Assembly (NCBI GenBank): GCA_025062375.1 | Contig: JANXAG010000003.1 | Coordinates: forward strand, 35,613 to 99,612 | Source of the DNA: Anaerolineae bacterium | Lineage (GTDB): Bacteria > Chloroflexota > Anaerolineae > SpSt-600 | Direction of reading: 5' to 3' | Length of the DNA stretch: 64,000 nucleotides | Shown: piece after piece, positions 50,266 through 60,824 of the stretch | Layout of the letters: each line of letters begins with the position of its first letter | Numbering within the stretch: the stretch's first letter is position 1 | Made by a program: the position numbers and the translations under genes | The notes under the pieces: generated by a model | Databases searched by the model: none | What the model saw: the letters and a program-made list of their open reading frames with translations, nothing else | What the model was told of the DNA's origin: nothing

Positions 50266-51243
50266 ATGCTGTTTAAATGTAGCCGAAGGGACTTCCTGAA
50301 ATACTTAACAGGCTGGACAATGCTTTTTCTGCTGGAGGGATGCAGAACCAGAACAGCACCTGTAACCCCTCCAGGTCCAACCCCCGTGCCAACCTTTACC
50401 CCAACTCCTACTCCGGCTCCAACTTCTACCCCTCCGATTCTCGAAGCTGAGATCGCGCTTGCCAGAGGCAAAGATTGGGAAGCCGTTACAAGAGCGGCAG
50501 TGGAAGCCATTGGTGGGATGGAGCGCTTCGTTAAGCCTGGAGATACTGTTCTGATAAAGCCCAACATATGCACTGCGGGGCGTCCTCCGGAATATGCTGC
50601 TACCTCGCATCCCAAAGTCGTGGCAACAGTTGCCAGAATGTGCTGGGAGGCCGGAGCCAGAAAAGTTATGCTTTTTGACCTCCCATTCTCCGGAACTCAG
50701 GAAGCTGCCTATAAAGATAGTGGCATTGCCGATGCTCTAAAAGGCCTGGATGTAGAGCTGCTTTTTGCTTCCCCGAGGCATTACGAAAATGTTCCCATTC
50801 CCAATGGTAAAGACCTCAAGGAGTGGAAATTCCTCCGTCAGGCGCTGGAAGCCGACGTCTTTGTAAATATTCCCATTGCCAAGCACCATGGAATGGCAGG
50901 CCTGACCCTGGGTATGAAAAACGTCATGGGCGTTATTCTGGACCGACCCTACATCCACTGGAACCTTCACCAGCGCATCGCCGACCTGAACACTGTCATC
51001 CGCTCTCACCTTGTGGTTGTAGATGCTACCCGCATCTTGTTGAGGCATGGGCCCCAGGGCGGAAACCTTGAAGACGTCTTAATAACCGATACTGTGATCG
51101 CTTCAGGAGATGTGGTGGCTGCTGATGCTCTGGCCGCCACCCTTTTCGGAAAGAACTGGAAAGACATAGGTTACATAAAGATTGGGGCAGAAATGGGCCT
51201 GGGTCTTCCTGAAGGCCGCCCCCTGGTGGAGATCGTGCTCTGA
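50266..51243 (+). CDS. Tat-exported DUF362-domain protein with a Pro/Thr linker
   Basis: Twin-arginine motif SRRDFLKY, a PTPTP linker, then a DUF362 core. Start set to the ATG at 50266 (RBS GGAGAGGAAAGG), because a TATAAT box lies inside the longer ORF. Confidence 0.6.
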   Translation: MLFKCSRRDFLKYLTGWTMLFLLEGCRTRTAPVTPPGPTPVPTFTPTPTPAPTSTPPILEAEIALARGKDWEAVTRAAVEAIGGMERFVKPGDTVLIKPNICTAGRPPEYAATSHPKVVATVARMCWEAGARKVMLFDLPFSGTQEAAYKDSGIADALKGLDVELLFASPRHYENVPIPNGKDLKEWKFLRQALEADVFVNIPIAKHHGMAGLTLGMKNVMGVILDRPYIHWNLHQRIADLNTVIRSHLVVVDATRILLRHGPQGGNLEDVLITDTVIASGDVVAADALAATLFGKNWKDIGYIKIGAEMGLGLPEGRPLVEIVL

Positions 51244-52763
51244 TGGCCTGGAGAAAATCCCGCATCGCCTCTCAGATTTTCTTCTTTATCCTTTTTCTGG
51301 CCTTGGGGATAAAAGTTTCCCAGGGTTTCACCGGAGCACCCTGGAATTTGTTCCCTCGCTTTGATCCGCTGGCAGCTTTTATTGTCTCCTTGGGAGCGAA
51401 AGAGCTATCCCTGGCTTTCTTTTGGGGCGCCATATTAACCATAGCCTTAACTTTTCTTATGGGAAGGATCTTCTGCGGCTGGATATGCCCCCTTGGCTCT
51501 CTCCTCGAATGGACTTCCAGGCCGATACCCAGAGGGCGCAGGAAGATAGGGTATTTTTACATTTACGCTGGCCTTTACCTCCTCGTCTTTGCCCTCTCCT
51601 TCGCTGCGGTCGGTAAACTCTGGCCCGTTATCCTTGACCCTATAACCATAATTCAAAGGACTTTTGTCGCTTCCCTTCATCCAGCAGTTGGATGGCTTCT
51701 GAAATTTGCGGGAGATGTCTTTTACTTGATCGACCCGTTTCAGGGAATTGTTGATTTAACCGATAAACTGTGGCGCTGGGTGGGCCTTTTACCTCAGGGC
51801 GAGCTGCGATTCTACCGTTTTTCCCTCCTTTTCCTCGGCTTTGTTCTCCTCCTGATTTTTCTGAACAAACTGGCACCACGCTTCTGGTGCCGGGCCCTTT
51901 GCCCTCTGGGAGCTCTCCTAACCATGATGGGACGTTTATCACCCCTGAAGTTGGGAATCAACAAAGAGGCCTGCAACTGGTGCGGTCTGTGCGCCGATCT
52001 CTGCCCCATTGTACCTCCAAAAGCGGAAAGAATTGACGTCAGAGCTGATTGCTGGCGCTGCGCCGATTGCATTGCCTTCTGCCCACAGAAAGCCCTGAGC
52101 TTTGTCTGGACAAAGCCTGTCATCCAGCCCTTGACCTTTAATCCATCCCGTCGGGCCTTTATCGGAAGTGTGCTGGGAGCTGCCGCTACTATGATTTTTT
52201 TACATTCCGATTCCATGATTCGCCCCAACTCTCTCTTCCTCATTAGACCGCCAGGAGCGAAGGTTAAATTGTCCCACGGAGGCCTGGATGAAACCGAATT
52301 CTTGAGCCGTTGCATCCGCTGCGGCTTATGCTGGAAAGTCTGCCCCACCAACGGCCTGCAGCCTGCAGGCTCAGAGGGAGGCCTTGAAAGCTTCTGGACC
52401 CCTGTCCTGATTCCCAGAATAGGCTACTGTGATTATGGGTGCACTGCTTGTGGGGAAGTATGTCCCACGGGGGCTATTGAAAAGCTAAAGCTTGAAGATA
52501 AAAGAAAGAGGCAGATAGGTCTTGCCTACATAGACCAAAAACGTTGCATTCCCTACAGCTTGGGCCTCCCCTGCACTGTATGCGAAGAAATGTGTCCAGT
52601 TCCAGAAAAGGCCATACTAATGGAGGAACAAAGAGTCGGAGGATCATCCATACTTCTACCTCGGGTTCTCCCTGAAAGATGCATAGGATGTGGGATATGC
52701 GAAAACAAATGTCCTGTCTCTGGAGAGGCCGCTATCAGAGTTTACACCCCTTTCGTGGTTTAG
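51243..52763 (+). CDS. NapH/MauN-like membrane-bound polyferredoxin
   Basis: N-terminal TM segments with the CGWICPLGSL motif and six CxxCxxCxxxCP-type 4Fe-4S motifs. Start overlaps the upstream stop (TGATG). Confidence 0.7.
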   Translation: MAWRKSRIASQIFFFILFLALGIKVSQGFTGAPWNLFPRFDPLAAFIVSLGAKELSLAFFWGAILTIALTFLMGRIFCGWICPLGSLLEWTSRPIPRGRRKIGYFYIYAGLYLLVFALSFAAVGKLWPVILDPITIIQRTFVASLHPAVGWLLKFAGDVFYLIDPFQGIVDLTDKLWRWVGLLPQGELRFYRFSLLFLGFVLLLIFLNKLAPRFWCRALCPLGALLTMMGRLSPLKLGINKEACNWCGLCADLCPIVPPKAERIDVRADCWRCADCIAFCPQKALSFVWTKPVIQPLTFNPSRRAFIGSVLGAAATMIFLHSDSMIRPNSLFLIRPPGAKVKLSHGGLDETEFLSRCIRCGLCWKVCPTNGLQPAGSEGGLESFWTPVLIPRIGYCDYGCTACGEVCPTGAIEKLKLEDKRKRQIGLAYIDQKRCIPYSLGLPCTVCEEMCPVPEKAILMEEQRVGGSSILLPRVLPERCIGCGICENKCPVSGEAAIRVYTPFVV

Positions 52764-52772
52764 GAGGAAGAG

Positions 52773-54032
52773 GTGCGAACTAAAAACATCGTCAAACTGT
52801 CCATTTGCCTCGTAAGTTGCACCTTGATCTTAACTTTCACCGCGCTTGCCCTGCGCCCAATGCCCTTATCACCAGGGCTCTCCAGTACACCGCCAATCCT
52901 CTCTTCCGAAACCTCCCGGGCTATCCGGATTATGGTCCTTCTTGTGGAAGGATCTGATATAAGTCTGCTGGATTTAGCCAAGCCCGGTGGACCGCTTTCC
53001 CCCCTTCTGTTGACCAAGCTTAGCGGCCCTGATGACCCAGTCGTTGCCCTCGCCTCGATTGTGACGGGCCTTCCTCCAGCAAAGCTTTCGGCTCTTTCTC
53101 CCGAGGAGAATGAGCCTGAACCCTTCTGGTGGACAGCAATGCGCCAAGGGTTCAGGGCTGCCGTCCTCTTTTGGCCTGAAATTTACCCCGACTCCCCTTT
53201 CAGTGCTGATTACACAGTGGCTCCAGAACTCTGTTACGGCTCCTCTCAACTTCACACCATAACCTTTACCGAGGCTATTTCCCCCTGGGCCAGTTCGCTA
53301 TCCTCCTTCAGTCCACCCCTTGAAGGGATCGTAGAAATAAAAGCACCTGAAGGCGGCACCATAGCCTATCTCCGTATTTTAGCTTTGGATACCACTGATG
53401 ATGGTAAAGTTAACCATGAAGCCTTAATAGTGGAAGGAAACCTTAAACCTATGCGCCAGGGGGAATGGCTTTCCCTGAAGATCGACCCCCACCTTCACTC
53501 AGGTGCTTTCTTCAAGCTCCTGGAATTGCGCCCGGACCGAAAAAAGGCTCTTTTGTACCGGACTCCAATCTGTTATAATTACGCAGCTCCACCCCCTCTA
53601 CTCCGCGAACTAAACGAAGAGCTGGGCTTCTTCCCCCCTTTTCCTGATCCTCAGAGCACAGCGCAGGGGTGGATAAAGCCCGAAGACGTGGACCTTTTCC
53701 AGAGAGAAAGAGCGAGCTGGACTACAAAAGCAATAACCATCGTATGGGATAATTACAGGCCAGACCTGCTATTGGCTCGTTTTAATCTGATAAGGGAAAC
53801 AGCCACCCTGACCCCCACTGATAGCCATCTACTCAAAGCTTATAATCTAACTGGCGAAAGCTTGAGAACTTTAGCTGAAATGCTGGGAGAAAAAGAGCTC
53901 CTGATAATTTTATCTCCCCCGCCTGAGGGGTTCTTAGCCCTTTACGGGAAAAAAGAAGAGAGCCTTGAAAGTCCTTATTCTTTTAACGTGGAAAACGTAG
54001 TTCCTCTGATCCTATCGTTTTTATCCCGATAG
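52773..54032 (+). CDS. secreted hypothetical protein, possibly a degenerate alkaline-phosphatase-superfamily (NPP-like) fold
   Basis: Signal peptide. The segment ..ALASIVTGLPPAKL.. resembles the NPP motif YSIVTGLYPE, but the usual Thr nucleophile and DG metal ligands are not evident. Confidence 0.3.
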   Translation: MRTKNIVKLSICLVSCTLILTFTALALRPMPLSPGLSSTPPILSSETSRAIRIMVLLVEGSDISLLDLAKPGGPLSPLLLTKLSGPDDPVVALASIVTGLPPAKLSALSPEENEPEPFWWTAMRQGFRAAVLFWPEIYPDSPFSADYTVAPELCYGSSQLHTITFTEAISPWASSLSSFSPPLEGIVEIKAPEGGTIAYLRILALDTTDDGKVNHEALIVEGNLKPMRQGEWLSLKIDPHLHSGAFFKLLELRPDRKKALLYRTPICYNYAAPPPLLRELNEELGFFPPFPDPQSTAQGWIKPEDVDLFQRERASWTTKAITIVWDNYRPDLLLARFNLIRETATLTPTDSHLLKAYNLTGESLRTLAEMLGEKELLIILSPPPEGFLALYGKKEESLESPYSFNVENVVPLILSFLSR

Positions 54033-54226
54033 GCTTCAGAGGAAAAACACGCTACCATTATATTAGCCGATTTTTTATGTACCCAGAAAGCTAGGAAGTG
54101 CCTCAGATCACAAGCTGTTCTGCGCGTGTAACGCCGAAAAAATTGACCCGGCGCAGGAGCTGAGGCCCTTTGAGGTTTATCGTAAATTATGGCAAAATAA
54201 ATCAAGATTGTATTGGGGTGAAAAGA

Positions 54227-56071
54227 ATGCCCATCCCATGGGAAAAGCTGGAGAGATTGCTGGATAAAGTTACCAAACCAGCTCGTTACGTGGGCGGTGA
54301 GGTCAACAGCATCGCCAAAGATTGGAACGCAGTCAGGGTCAAAGTAGCTCTGGCTTACCCTGACACCTACGAAATTGGCATGTCCAACCTCGGCCTCGCC
54401 ATTCTCTACGATTTGATAAACAGCCAGGAGGAATTTGCAGCGGAGCGAGTTTATGCCCCCTGGTTTGATATGGAAAATTTGATGCGCCAGGAGGGAATTC
54501 CCCTTTTCAGTCTGGAAACCCGTCACCCTTTAAAGGATTTTGACTTCGTAGGCTTCAGTCTGCAATATGAGCTCACCTACACCAACGTGCTTAATATGTT
54601 GGATTTAGCGGGCATACCCATCATGTCTTTCAAGAGGAGCGATGAAGATCCTCTCATAGTTGCCGGAGGGCCCTGCGCTTTTAACCCCGAACCCATGGCC
54701 CCTTTTGTGGATTTCTTTGTCTTAGGAGACGGGGAAGAGATTATCCTGGAAATCCTCAGAGCCTACGCTGAATGGAAGGAAAGAGGGGGAAGGAAAAGAG
54801 AATTTCTGCGCCAGCTCACCTCTGTGGAGGGGGTATACGTACCTTTACTCTACCGAACTATCTACAATCCGGACGGAACCTTTGGAGGAGTGGAACCCCT
54901 TCTTCCGGATGTGCCTCACAGGGTGCGCAAGCGCCTCATACCGGTGCTTGCTCCAATTCCCACCAAGCCAGTTTTACCCCACGTAGAGACAGTTCATGAC
55001 CGAGGGAATGTGGAGATCCAGAGAGGATGCGGGCAGGGTTGTCGGTTCTGTCAGGCAGGTATAATTTACAGGCCTGTGCGGGAAAGACCCTTTGAAGAAA
55101 TTTTAGAGGCCATTAGCGAGTTGCTTAAGAACACTGGTTACGAAGAGATAGCCCTTGTCTCCCTTTCTACTGCGGATTACTCACGGATTGAAGAACTACT
55201 GAAAGAGCTGGAAGATAGACAATATCTATGGCCATTGTCTGTATCTCTTCCCTCCCTCAGGGTGGATTCCTTCTCGGTTTCTTTAGCTGAAAAGTTAGAA
55301 AAACCTGGCAGGACCGGCCTTACCTTTGCGCCCGAAGCTGGGAGCCAGCGCTTGCGAAATGTAATAAACAAAAAGGTAACCGATGCGGATATTCTGGAGG
55401 TGGCTGAAGCCTCCTACTCCCGTGGCTGGCACCGCCTCAAGTTTTACTTCATGATTGGCCTTCCCACTGAAACGATGGAAGACGTAGCAGAAATAGGCAG
55501 GTTAGCCCACCGAACCCTTGAGATTGGGCGAAAGCACCAGGGGAACCGTGCAGAGCTGGCTGTAAGCGTTGCTACCTTTATTCCCAAGCCCCACACTCCC
55601 TTCCAGTGGTTGCCCATGGCTAAAGAGGAAGAGATTGTGGAAAAGCACAGGCTTCTGCGCAAGCTGCTGAGGCGCAGGGGGCTTTTCCTGAGCCTCACAG
55701 ATTACCGAACTTCCCTGTTGGAGGGAATTCTGGCTCGAGGCGATAGGAGGTTGGGCGAAGTCATTTTCCGGGCCTGGAGAAAAGGAGCTAAATTTGATGC
55801 ATGGGGGGAGTTCTTCCGCTGGGCTCTATGGGAAGAGGCCTTTAGAGAAGCTGGGCTTGACCCCTCCTTCTACGCTCATCGTTACCGTCTCAGGGAGGAA
55901 ATTTTCCCCTGGGACCACATTGACATCGGTGTTGAAAAAGATTTCCTCTGGGAGGAATATCAAAGAGCCCTTCGCGGAGAGCTTACGCCGGATTGCCGGA
56001 GGGAATGTTACGGGTGTGGAATTAGAAAAGCTTTCAAAATTAAAGAGCCCGTTTTAGCCCAAACTTCATAA
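54227..56071 (+). CDS. B12-binding-domain radical SAM protein (TIGR03960-like, DUF2344 C-terminal region)
   Basis: N-terminal B12-binding-like domain and the CGQGCRFC (Cx3Cx2C) radical SAM motif. Start set to the ATG at 54227. Confidence 0.75.
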   Translation: MPIPWEKLERLLDKVTKPARYVGGEVNSIAKDWNAVRVKVALAYPDTYEIGMSNLGLAILYDLINSQEEFAAERVYAPWFDMENLMRQEGIPLFSLETRHPLKDFDFVGFSLQYELTYTNVLNMLDLAGIPIMSFKRSDEDPLIVAGGPCAFNPEPMAPFVDFFVLGDGEEIILEILRAYAEWKERGGRKREFLRQLTSVEGVYVPLLYRTIYNPDGTFGGVEPLLPDVPHRVRKRLIPVLAPIPTKPVLPHVETVHDRGNVEIQRGCGQGCRFCQAGIIYRPVRERPFEEILEAISELLKNTGYEEIALVSLSTADYSRIEELLKELEDRQYLWPLSVSLPSLRVDSFSVSLAEKLEKPGRTGLTFAPEAGSQRLRNVINKKVTDADILEVAEASYSRGWHRLKFYFMIGLPTETMEDVAEIGRLAHRTLEIGRKHQGNRAELAVSVATFIPKPHTPFQWLPMAKEEEIVEKHRLLRKLLRRRGLFLSLTDYRTSLLEGILARGDRRLGEVIFRAWRKGAKFDAWGEFFRWALWEEAFREAGLDPSFYAHRYRLREEIFPWDHIDIGVEKDFLWEEYQRALRGELTPDCRRECYGCGIRKAFKIKEPVLAQTS

Positions 56072-56104
56072 AGGTTTGGCTTTTCCCTTAGTGTATGGTA
56101 AAAT

Positions 56105-57820
56105 TTGTTAAAGAAAGCCATCTCCAGGAGGGCAGGGATGTTTGATAAAGAGGCCCTGAAAAAGATTGAAGAGAAGAAAGAGCAGTGGGAAGAAACTACC
56201 CTTCAGCAATGGCTGGCCAAACTCCCCGAAAGAGATGAGCTCTTCCGCAACCTTTCAGATATGCCCATCGCCCGCCTTTACACCCCCGCTGATATTCCCG
56301 ACTTTGACTATCTGGAAGATTTAGGCTTTCCGGGTGAGTACCCTTTCACCAGAGGAATCCATGCCACAATGTACCGTGGAAGACTCTGGACTATGAGGAT
56401 GTTCTCGGGGTATGGCTCTGCCGAGGAAACCAACGAACGCTTTAAATACTTGCTTAGACATGGGGAAACAGGCCTTTCGGTAGCCTTTGACACCCCAACC
56501 CTTTACGGTTACGATACCGATGACCCTATGGCGGAAGGGGAGTTTGGCAAATGTGGAGTGGCGGTTTCTTCCCTGGCTGACATGGAAATCCTGTTTGACG
56601 GCATTCCGCTGGACGAAGTTACCACTTCTATGACCATAAACGCCCCTGCTGCTATCCTGTGGGCTATGTATCTTGTGGTAGCAGAGAAGCGTGGCATCCC
56701 TTGGACTAAGCTTGGAGGCACTATCCAGAACGACATCCTCAAGGAATATATTGCGCAAAAGGAGTTTGTTTTCCCCCCAAAGCCCTCCATGCGCCTTATT
56801 GTAGACACTTTCGAATTCGGCGCTAAATATGTGCCCAAATGGAATACTATCTCCATAAGTGGGTATCACATCCGCGAGGCTGGAGCTACGGCCGTTCAAG
56901 AGTTAGCTTTTACCCTTTATGACGGTTTTGAATATGTCAAAGCAGGGATTGAGCGCGGACTTGATGTGGACGAATTTGCTCCACGCCTCAGTTTCTTCTT
57001 CAATGCCCACAACGACTTCTTCGAAGAAATCGCTAAATTCAGAGCTGCCAGGAGGATATGGGCCAGGGAGATGCGCCATCGCTTCGGGGCTAAGGACCCC
57101 CGCTCCTGGTGGTTGCGGTTCCACACCCAAACAGCTGGCTGCACTCTGACAGCACAACAGCCGGAAAACAACATTGTCAGGGTAGCCATTCAGGCCTTAG
57201 CGGCGGTACTGGGTGGAACTCAATCGCTTCACACGAATTCTATGGACGAAGCTCTTGCCTTGCCATCAGAATTAGCCGTGCGTATAGCTTTGCGCACGCA
57301 GCAGATCATCGCTCACGAGACGGGTGTGGTAAACACCATTGATCCCCTTGGAGGAAGCTATTACATTGAATATTTGACCCGCAAAATGGAAGAGGCAGCC
57401 TACGAATATTTCCGCAAAATCGACGCTATGGGTGGGATGATTGCCGCTATAGAGAAAGGGTTCCCCCAGAAAGAAATAGCTGATGCTGCCTATCGCTACC
57501 AGAAAGAGATTGATGAGAAAAAGCGCATAATAGTGGGCGTTAATGAATACGTTTCCGAAGAGCCTATTACCATCCCTATCCACAAGATAGATCCGGAAGG
57601 CGAAAAGCGCCATCGGGAGCGATTGGCTAAAGTTCGCAGGGAAAGGGACAACGAAAGAGTCCGGCAGTGTCTGGAGCGCCTCCGCAACGCAGCCATGGAT
57701 GAAAGAGAAAACCTTATGCCCTACATCCTGGATTGCGTACGTGCTTATGCTACCCTAGGTGAGATGATGAAAACGCTGAAGGAGGTCTTCGGAGAATATC
57801 GGGAGCCCATTATTATCTGA
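56105..57820 (+). CDS. methylmalonyl-CoA mutase family large (catalytic TIM-barrel) subunit, with no B12 domain
   Basis: 571 aa MCM alpha-like catalytic domain (..[18 protein letters not shown].., ..[11 protein letters not shown]..). The B12 domain is encoded separately at 58836. Confidence 0.85.
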   Translation: MLKKAISRRAGMFDKEALKKIEEKKEQWEETTLQQWLAKLPERDELFRNLSDMPIARLYTPADIPDFDYLEDLGFPGEYPFTRGIHATMYRGRLWTMRMFSGYGSAEETNERFKYLLRHGETGLSVAFDTPTLYGYDTDDPMAEGEFGKCGVAVSSLADMEILFDGIPLDEVTTSMTINAPAAILWAMYLVVAEKRGIPWTKLGGTIQNDILKEYIAQKEFVFPPKPSMRLIVDTFEFGAKYVPKWNTISISGYHIREAGATAVQELAFTLYDGFEYVKAGIERGLDVDEFAPRLSFFFNAHNDFFEEIAKFRAARRIWAREMRHRFGAKDPRSWWLRFHTQTAGCTLTAQQPENNIVRVAIQALAAVLGGTQSLHTNSMDEALALPSELAVRIALRTQQIIAHETGVVNTIDPLGGSYYIEYLTRKMEEAAYEYFRKIDAMGGMIAAIEKGFPQKEIADAAYRYQKEIDEKKRIIVGVNEYVSEEPITIPIHKIDPEGEKRHRERLAKVRRERDNERVRQCLERLRNAAMDERENLMPYILDCVRAYATLGEMMKTLKEVFGEYREPIII

Positions 57821-58833
57821 TGGCCACCTTTAATCTTTTTGATCGGGTCCTTAAAATTTTGGCACGGGATTATGTAATTTCCTTTTTGAGGCTGGCATTT
57901 CCAAACCTCAATTTTGATCTTGTAGAAACCTTGAAGAACGTGGAACTGACCTTACCTGAAAGGAGGGTGGATTTCGTCCACAAAGCCAGATTGGGGGATA
58001 AAGAATATATAGTGCATTTGGAATTCCAGTTGCGCCACGAGCGGCATTTCCCTAAGAGGATGTTTGAGTATTCTGCCCTGCTTTCTTTACAGTTTGATAG
58101 ACCTGTAATTTCCCTGGCTCTTTACCTGAAACCACGCCGGACCCCTGTTCCGCAGGAGTATACGGTTAAGGTTGGGGGAACCGTGGTTAACTGCTTTCGC
58201 TACCCTGTAATTAAACTGTGGGAACTGAAAGAAGAGATATGGGAGGGAAAATACCGGGAGCTTGCGCCTCTGCTGATCAGTCTGGTAGAAAAACCTTCGG
58301 AAGAGGTCTTGGCCCGAGAAAAAGAGCTTATCCTGGGTGAAAAGGACTCTCGCAAACGGGCTGACCTCCTGGCGGCAGCAGTAACTGTAGCCTCTCGTTA
58401 TTTCCCGAGGGATTTCCTCTGGGAGTTCTTTAAGGAGGAGATTGATGAAATGAAGAATGTCTCCTTCATTCAAGAATGGCTTGAAGAAGAACGCCGAAAA
58501 GCATTACAAACAGGGTTTCAAGCGGGCAGGGAGCAAGGCCTTCAGCAAGGCCTTCAGGAGGGCCTTCAGCAAGGCCTTCAGCAAGGCCTTCAACAGGGCC
58601 TTCAGGAGGGTCTCATCAAGGGTCTCTCCCAGGGCCGAAAGGAAGAAGCCTTAAGGGTTCTCCGCAAGATAATTCTCAAACGCTTTGGCTCTTTGCCCGA
58701 ATGGCTTGCAGAGGCACCCGATGGGTGGGAAATTGAACAATTGGAAATCCTGCTGGATTTGGCCTTAGAAATGAATACCTTGAAAGAGTTTGAATCCGAA
58801 GCCAGGAAAATTCTGGGGCTGTCTGGAGGTTAA
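57820..58833 (+). mobile_element. Rpn/YhgA-like PD-(D/E)XK recombination-promoting nuclease / putative transposase with a DUF4351-like C-terminus, inserted within the mcm operon
   Basis: D-x(n)-E-x-Q nuclease core (RVDFVHKARLG..YIVHLEFQ), a (Q/E)GLQ tetrapeptide repeat tract, and a C-terminal DUF4351-like segment. Start and stop are coupled to both flanking mcm genes. Confidence 0.65.
58534..58620 (+). repeat. 12-bp in-frame tandem repeat (CAAGGCCTTCAG-like, about 7 copies) encoding (Q/E)GLQ repeats
   Basis: GGCCTTCAGCAA/GGCCTTCAGGAG units directly visible. Coding microsatellite inside the Rpn-like gene. Confidence 0.75.
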
Positions 58834-58835
58834 AG

Positions 58836-59258
58836 ATGACTGAGGAAAAAATCCGCGTTCTCATAGCCAAGCCAGGGCTTGATGGCCATGATCGAGGAGC
58901 GAAGGTGGTGGCGAGAGCCCTGAGAGATGCGGGGATGGAGGTAATTTACACTGGCTTGCGTCAGACTCCAGAAATGATAGCGGAAGCAGCTCTCCAGGAA
59001 GACGTAGATGTAGTAGGGCTTTCCATCCTCTCCGGAGCTCACATGGCTCTCCTGCCCAAGGTGGTTCAATTGCTCAGGGAAAAAGGCCTTGATCATGTTC
59101 TGGTAGTTGCTGGAGGCATAATACCTGATGAAGATGTTCCCAAGCTCAAAGAGGCGGGTATTGCGGAGATCTTTGGCCCGGGCACTTCAACTCAAACTAT
59201 CGTAGAATACATTCGCAACAAAGTTGCTGAAATAAGGAGAAGCCGCCAGAATGCTTGA
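58836..59258 (+). CDS. methylmalonyl-CoA mutase B12-binding small subunit
   Basis: DxHxxG cobalamin-binding motif ([12 protein letters not shown]). Confidence 0.85.
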   Translation: MTEEKIRVLIAKPGLDGHDRGAKVVARALRDAGMEVIYTGLRQTPEMIAEAALQEDVDVVGLSILSGAHMALLPKVVQLLREKGLDHVLVVAGGIIPDEDVPKLKEAGIAEIFGPGTSTQTIVEYIRNKVAEIRRSRQNA

Positions 59259-60249
59259 GGAACTGGTCCGGGCCGCTGTCTTCGGAGACAAAAGGGCAAT
59301 CGCCCGCCTTATAAGCATTGCTGAAAACGACGGGGCTTCAGCGCGGAAGATTCTGAAATCCCTTTACCCCTACACCGGGAAAGCCCATATCATAGGAATA
59401 ACGGGGGCTCCAGGAACAGGCAAAAGCACTCTGGTGAATGAACTGGCCAAAGAATACCGCCTTCGGGGGTTAAAGGTTGGCATTGTAGCAGTAGACCCAT
59501 CAAGCCCCTTTACTGGCGGGGCAATTCTTGGGGATCGCATTCGTATGAGAGACCTTTACAACGATCCCGGCGTTTTTATTCGCAGTATGGCCACCAGAGG
59601 AAGCCTCGGAGGACTTGCCAGGGCCACGGCCGATGCCGTGAAAATCTTAGACGCAGCTGGTTATGAGAAAATTCTGGTGGAAACGGTAGGCGCAGGACAG
59701 ACCGAAGTGGATATTGCCAGCACTGCCCATACAACCATAGTGGTGGAAGTGCCGGGATTAGGAGACGATATTCAGGCGATAAAAGCAGGGCTTCTGGAAA
59801 TAGCGGACGTCTTTGTGGTGAACAAGGCTGATCTGGAAGGGGCAGATGGAGTTGTGCTGAATTTGGAAACGATGATGAGCCTTGGCAATTCAGCAAAAAT
59901 ATTCCATCATGGTATTCTCATGGAAATAAAAGCTTCATTTGATGCCCACAGGGTCCAGTGGCGTCCTCCGGTTTGCAAGACTATCGCTACCCGGGGCGAG
60001 GGGATAAAAGCCCTTGTAGAAGCCATAGAAAGGCACTGGGCTTTTCTAAAGGGGAGTGGTGCCTGGGAAGAGAAAGAGAGACTCAGAGCAAGCCGGGAGA
60101 TAGAGGAAATCCTGCGGATGGAGCTTTTGAGGCGTATCCTGGCGAAGGTTGATCGTGAGGCTATTGGTGAAATCCTGGACAAAGTGGTTAAGAGAGAGCT
60201 TGATCCTTATACCGCAGCCGAAAAGATAGCTGGGGTAGGGGAACTTTAA
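59251..60249 (+). CDS. meaB: methylmalonyl-CoA mutase-associated G-protein chaperone MeaB/ArgK
   Basis: P-loop GAPGTGKST, switch regions and NKAD. Confidence 0.85.
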   Translation: MLEELVRAAVFGDKRAIARLISIAENDGASARKILKSLYPYTGKAHIIGITGAPGTGKSTLVNELAKEYRLRGLKVGIVAVDPSSPFTGGAILGDRIRMRDLYNDPGVFIRSMATRGSLGGLARATADAVKILDAAGYEKILVETVGAGQTEVDIASTAHTTIVVEVPGLGDDIQAIKAGLLEIADVFVVNKADLEGADGVVLNLETMMSLGNSAKIFHHGILMEIKASFDAHRVQWRPPVCKTIATRGEGIKALVEAIERHWAFLKGSGAWEEKERLRASREIEEILRMELLRRILAKVDREAIGEILDKVVKRELDPYTAAEKIAGVGEL

Positions 60250-60269
60250 ATCTAAGAAGGAGGCACACC

Positions 60270-60446
60270 ATGGAACGCGAGCCCAGATTCCAACTAAGCG
60301 TTATGGACGGTCTTAAGTTTGGATGCGGTTTCTACATCGCTGGATTTTTCTTCAGCATAGTTATGATGGTTATCACTCTCATTTTATTGGCAATTTTAGG
60401 CCTTTTAGGCGGTGGTCTGGGGGAGTTGTTCAGGCAGGGATTTTAA
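60270..60446 (+). CDS. unannotated 57-aa small hydrophobic protein with one or two TM helices (below the ORF-track length cutoff)
   Basis: ATG at 60270 preceded by AAGGAGG (60256-60262). MEREPRFQLSVMDGLKFGCGFYIAGFFFSIVMMVITLILLAILGLLGGGLGELFRQGF. Confidence 0.4.
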   Translation: MEREPRFQLSVMDGLKFGCGFYIAGFFFSIVMMVITLILLAILGLLGGGLGELFRQGF

Positions 60447-60449
60447 CTT

Positions 60450-60824
60450 ATGAAAGCCCGCAATTATACCCACAGGGTCGGGCGGCTGGGAGAAGACCTG
60501 GCCGCCCGATATTTGCAGAGCCAGGGTTACATCATCTTAGAACGTAATTACCGATGCCAGGGAGGAGAGGTAGACCTGGTAGCAAAGGAAGGCTCGTTCT
60601 TAGTGTTTGTAGAAGTGCGCGCCCGCTGCTCCAGCCGCTTTGGAACACCGGAAGAGTCCATCACACCCTGGAAGAAAGCCAGGCTTCTCCTGGCCGCTCA
60701 ATCCTACGTAGCGGAGAAAAACTGGGACGGTTTCTGGCGGATTGACCTGCTGGCCATTGAGATTTCCCCAAAAGGGAGCATAAAGCGTATAAGTTTGATC
60801 AAGAATGCTGTGGAGGAGCAGTAA
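60450..60824 (+). CDS. yraN: YraN/UPF0102-family endonuclease
   Basis: 124 aa with conserved E..D..E-V-K pattern (GEVDLVAKEGSFLVFVEVRAR). Confidence 0.75.
   Translation: MKARNYTHRVGRLGEDLAARYLQSQGYIILERNYRCQGGEVDLVAKEGSFLVFVEVRARCSSRFGTPEESITPWKKARLLLAAQSYVAEKNWDGFWRIDLLAIEISPKGSIKRISLIKNAVEEQ

Noticed and set aside
58534-58620. 12-bp tandem repeat considered as a non-coding satellite or VNTR
   Set aside because: It is in frame within the Rpn-like CDS and encodes the (Q/E)GLQ repeats typical of that family, so it is a coding microsatellite. It is kept as a feature, not an independent element.
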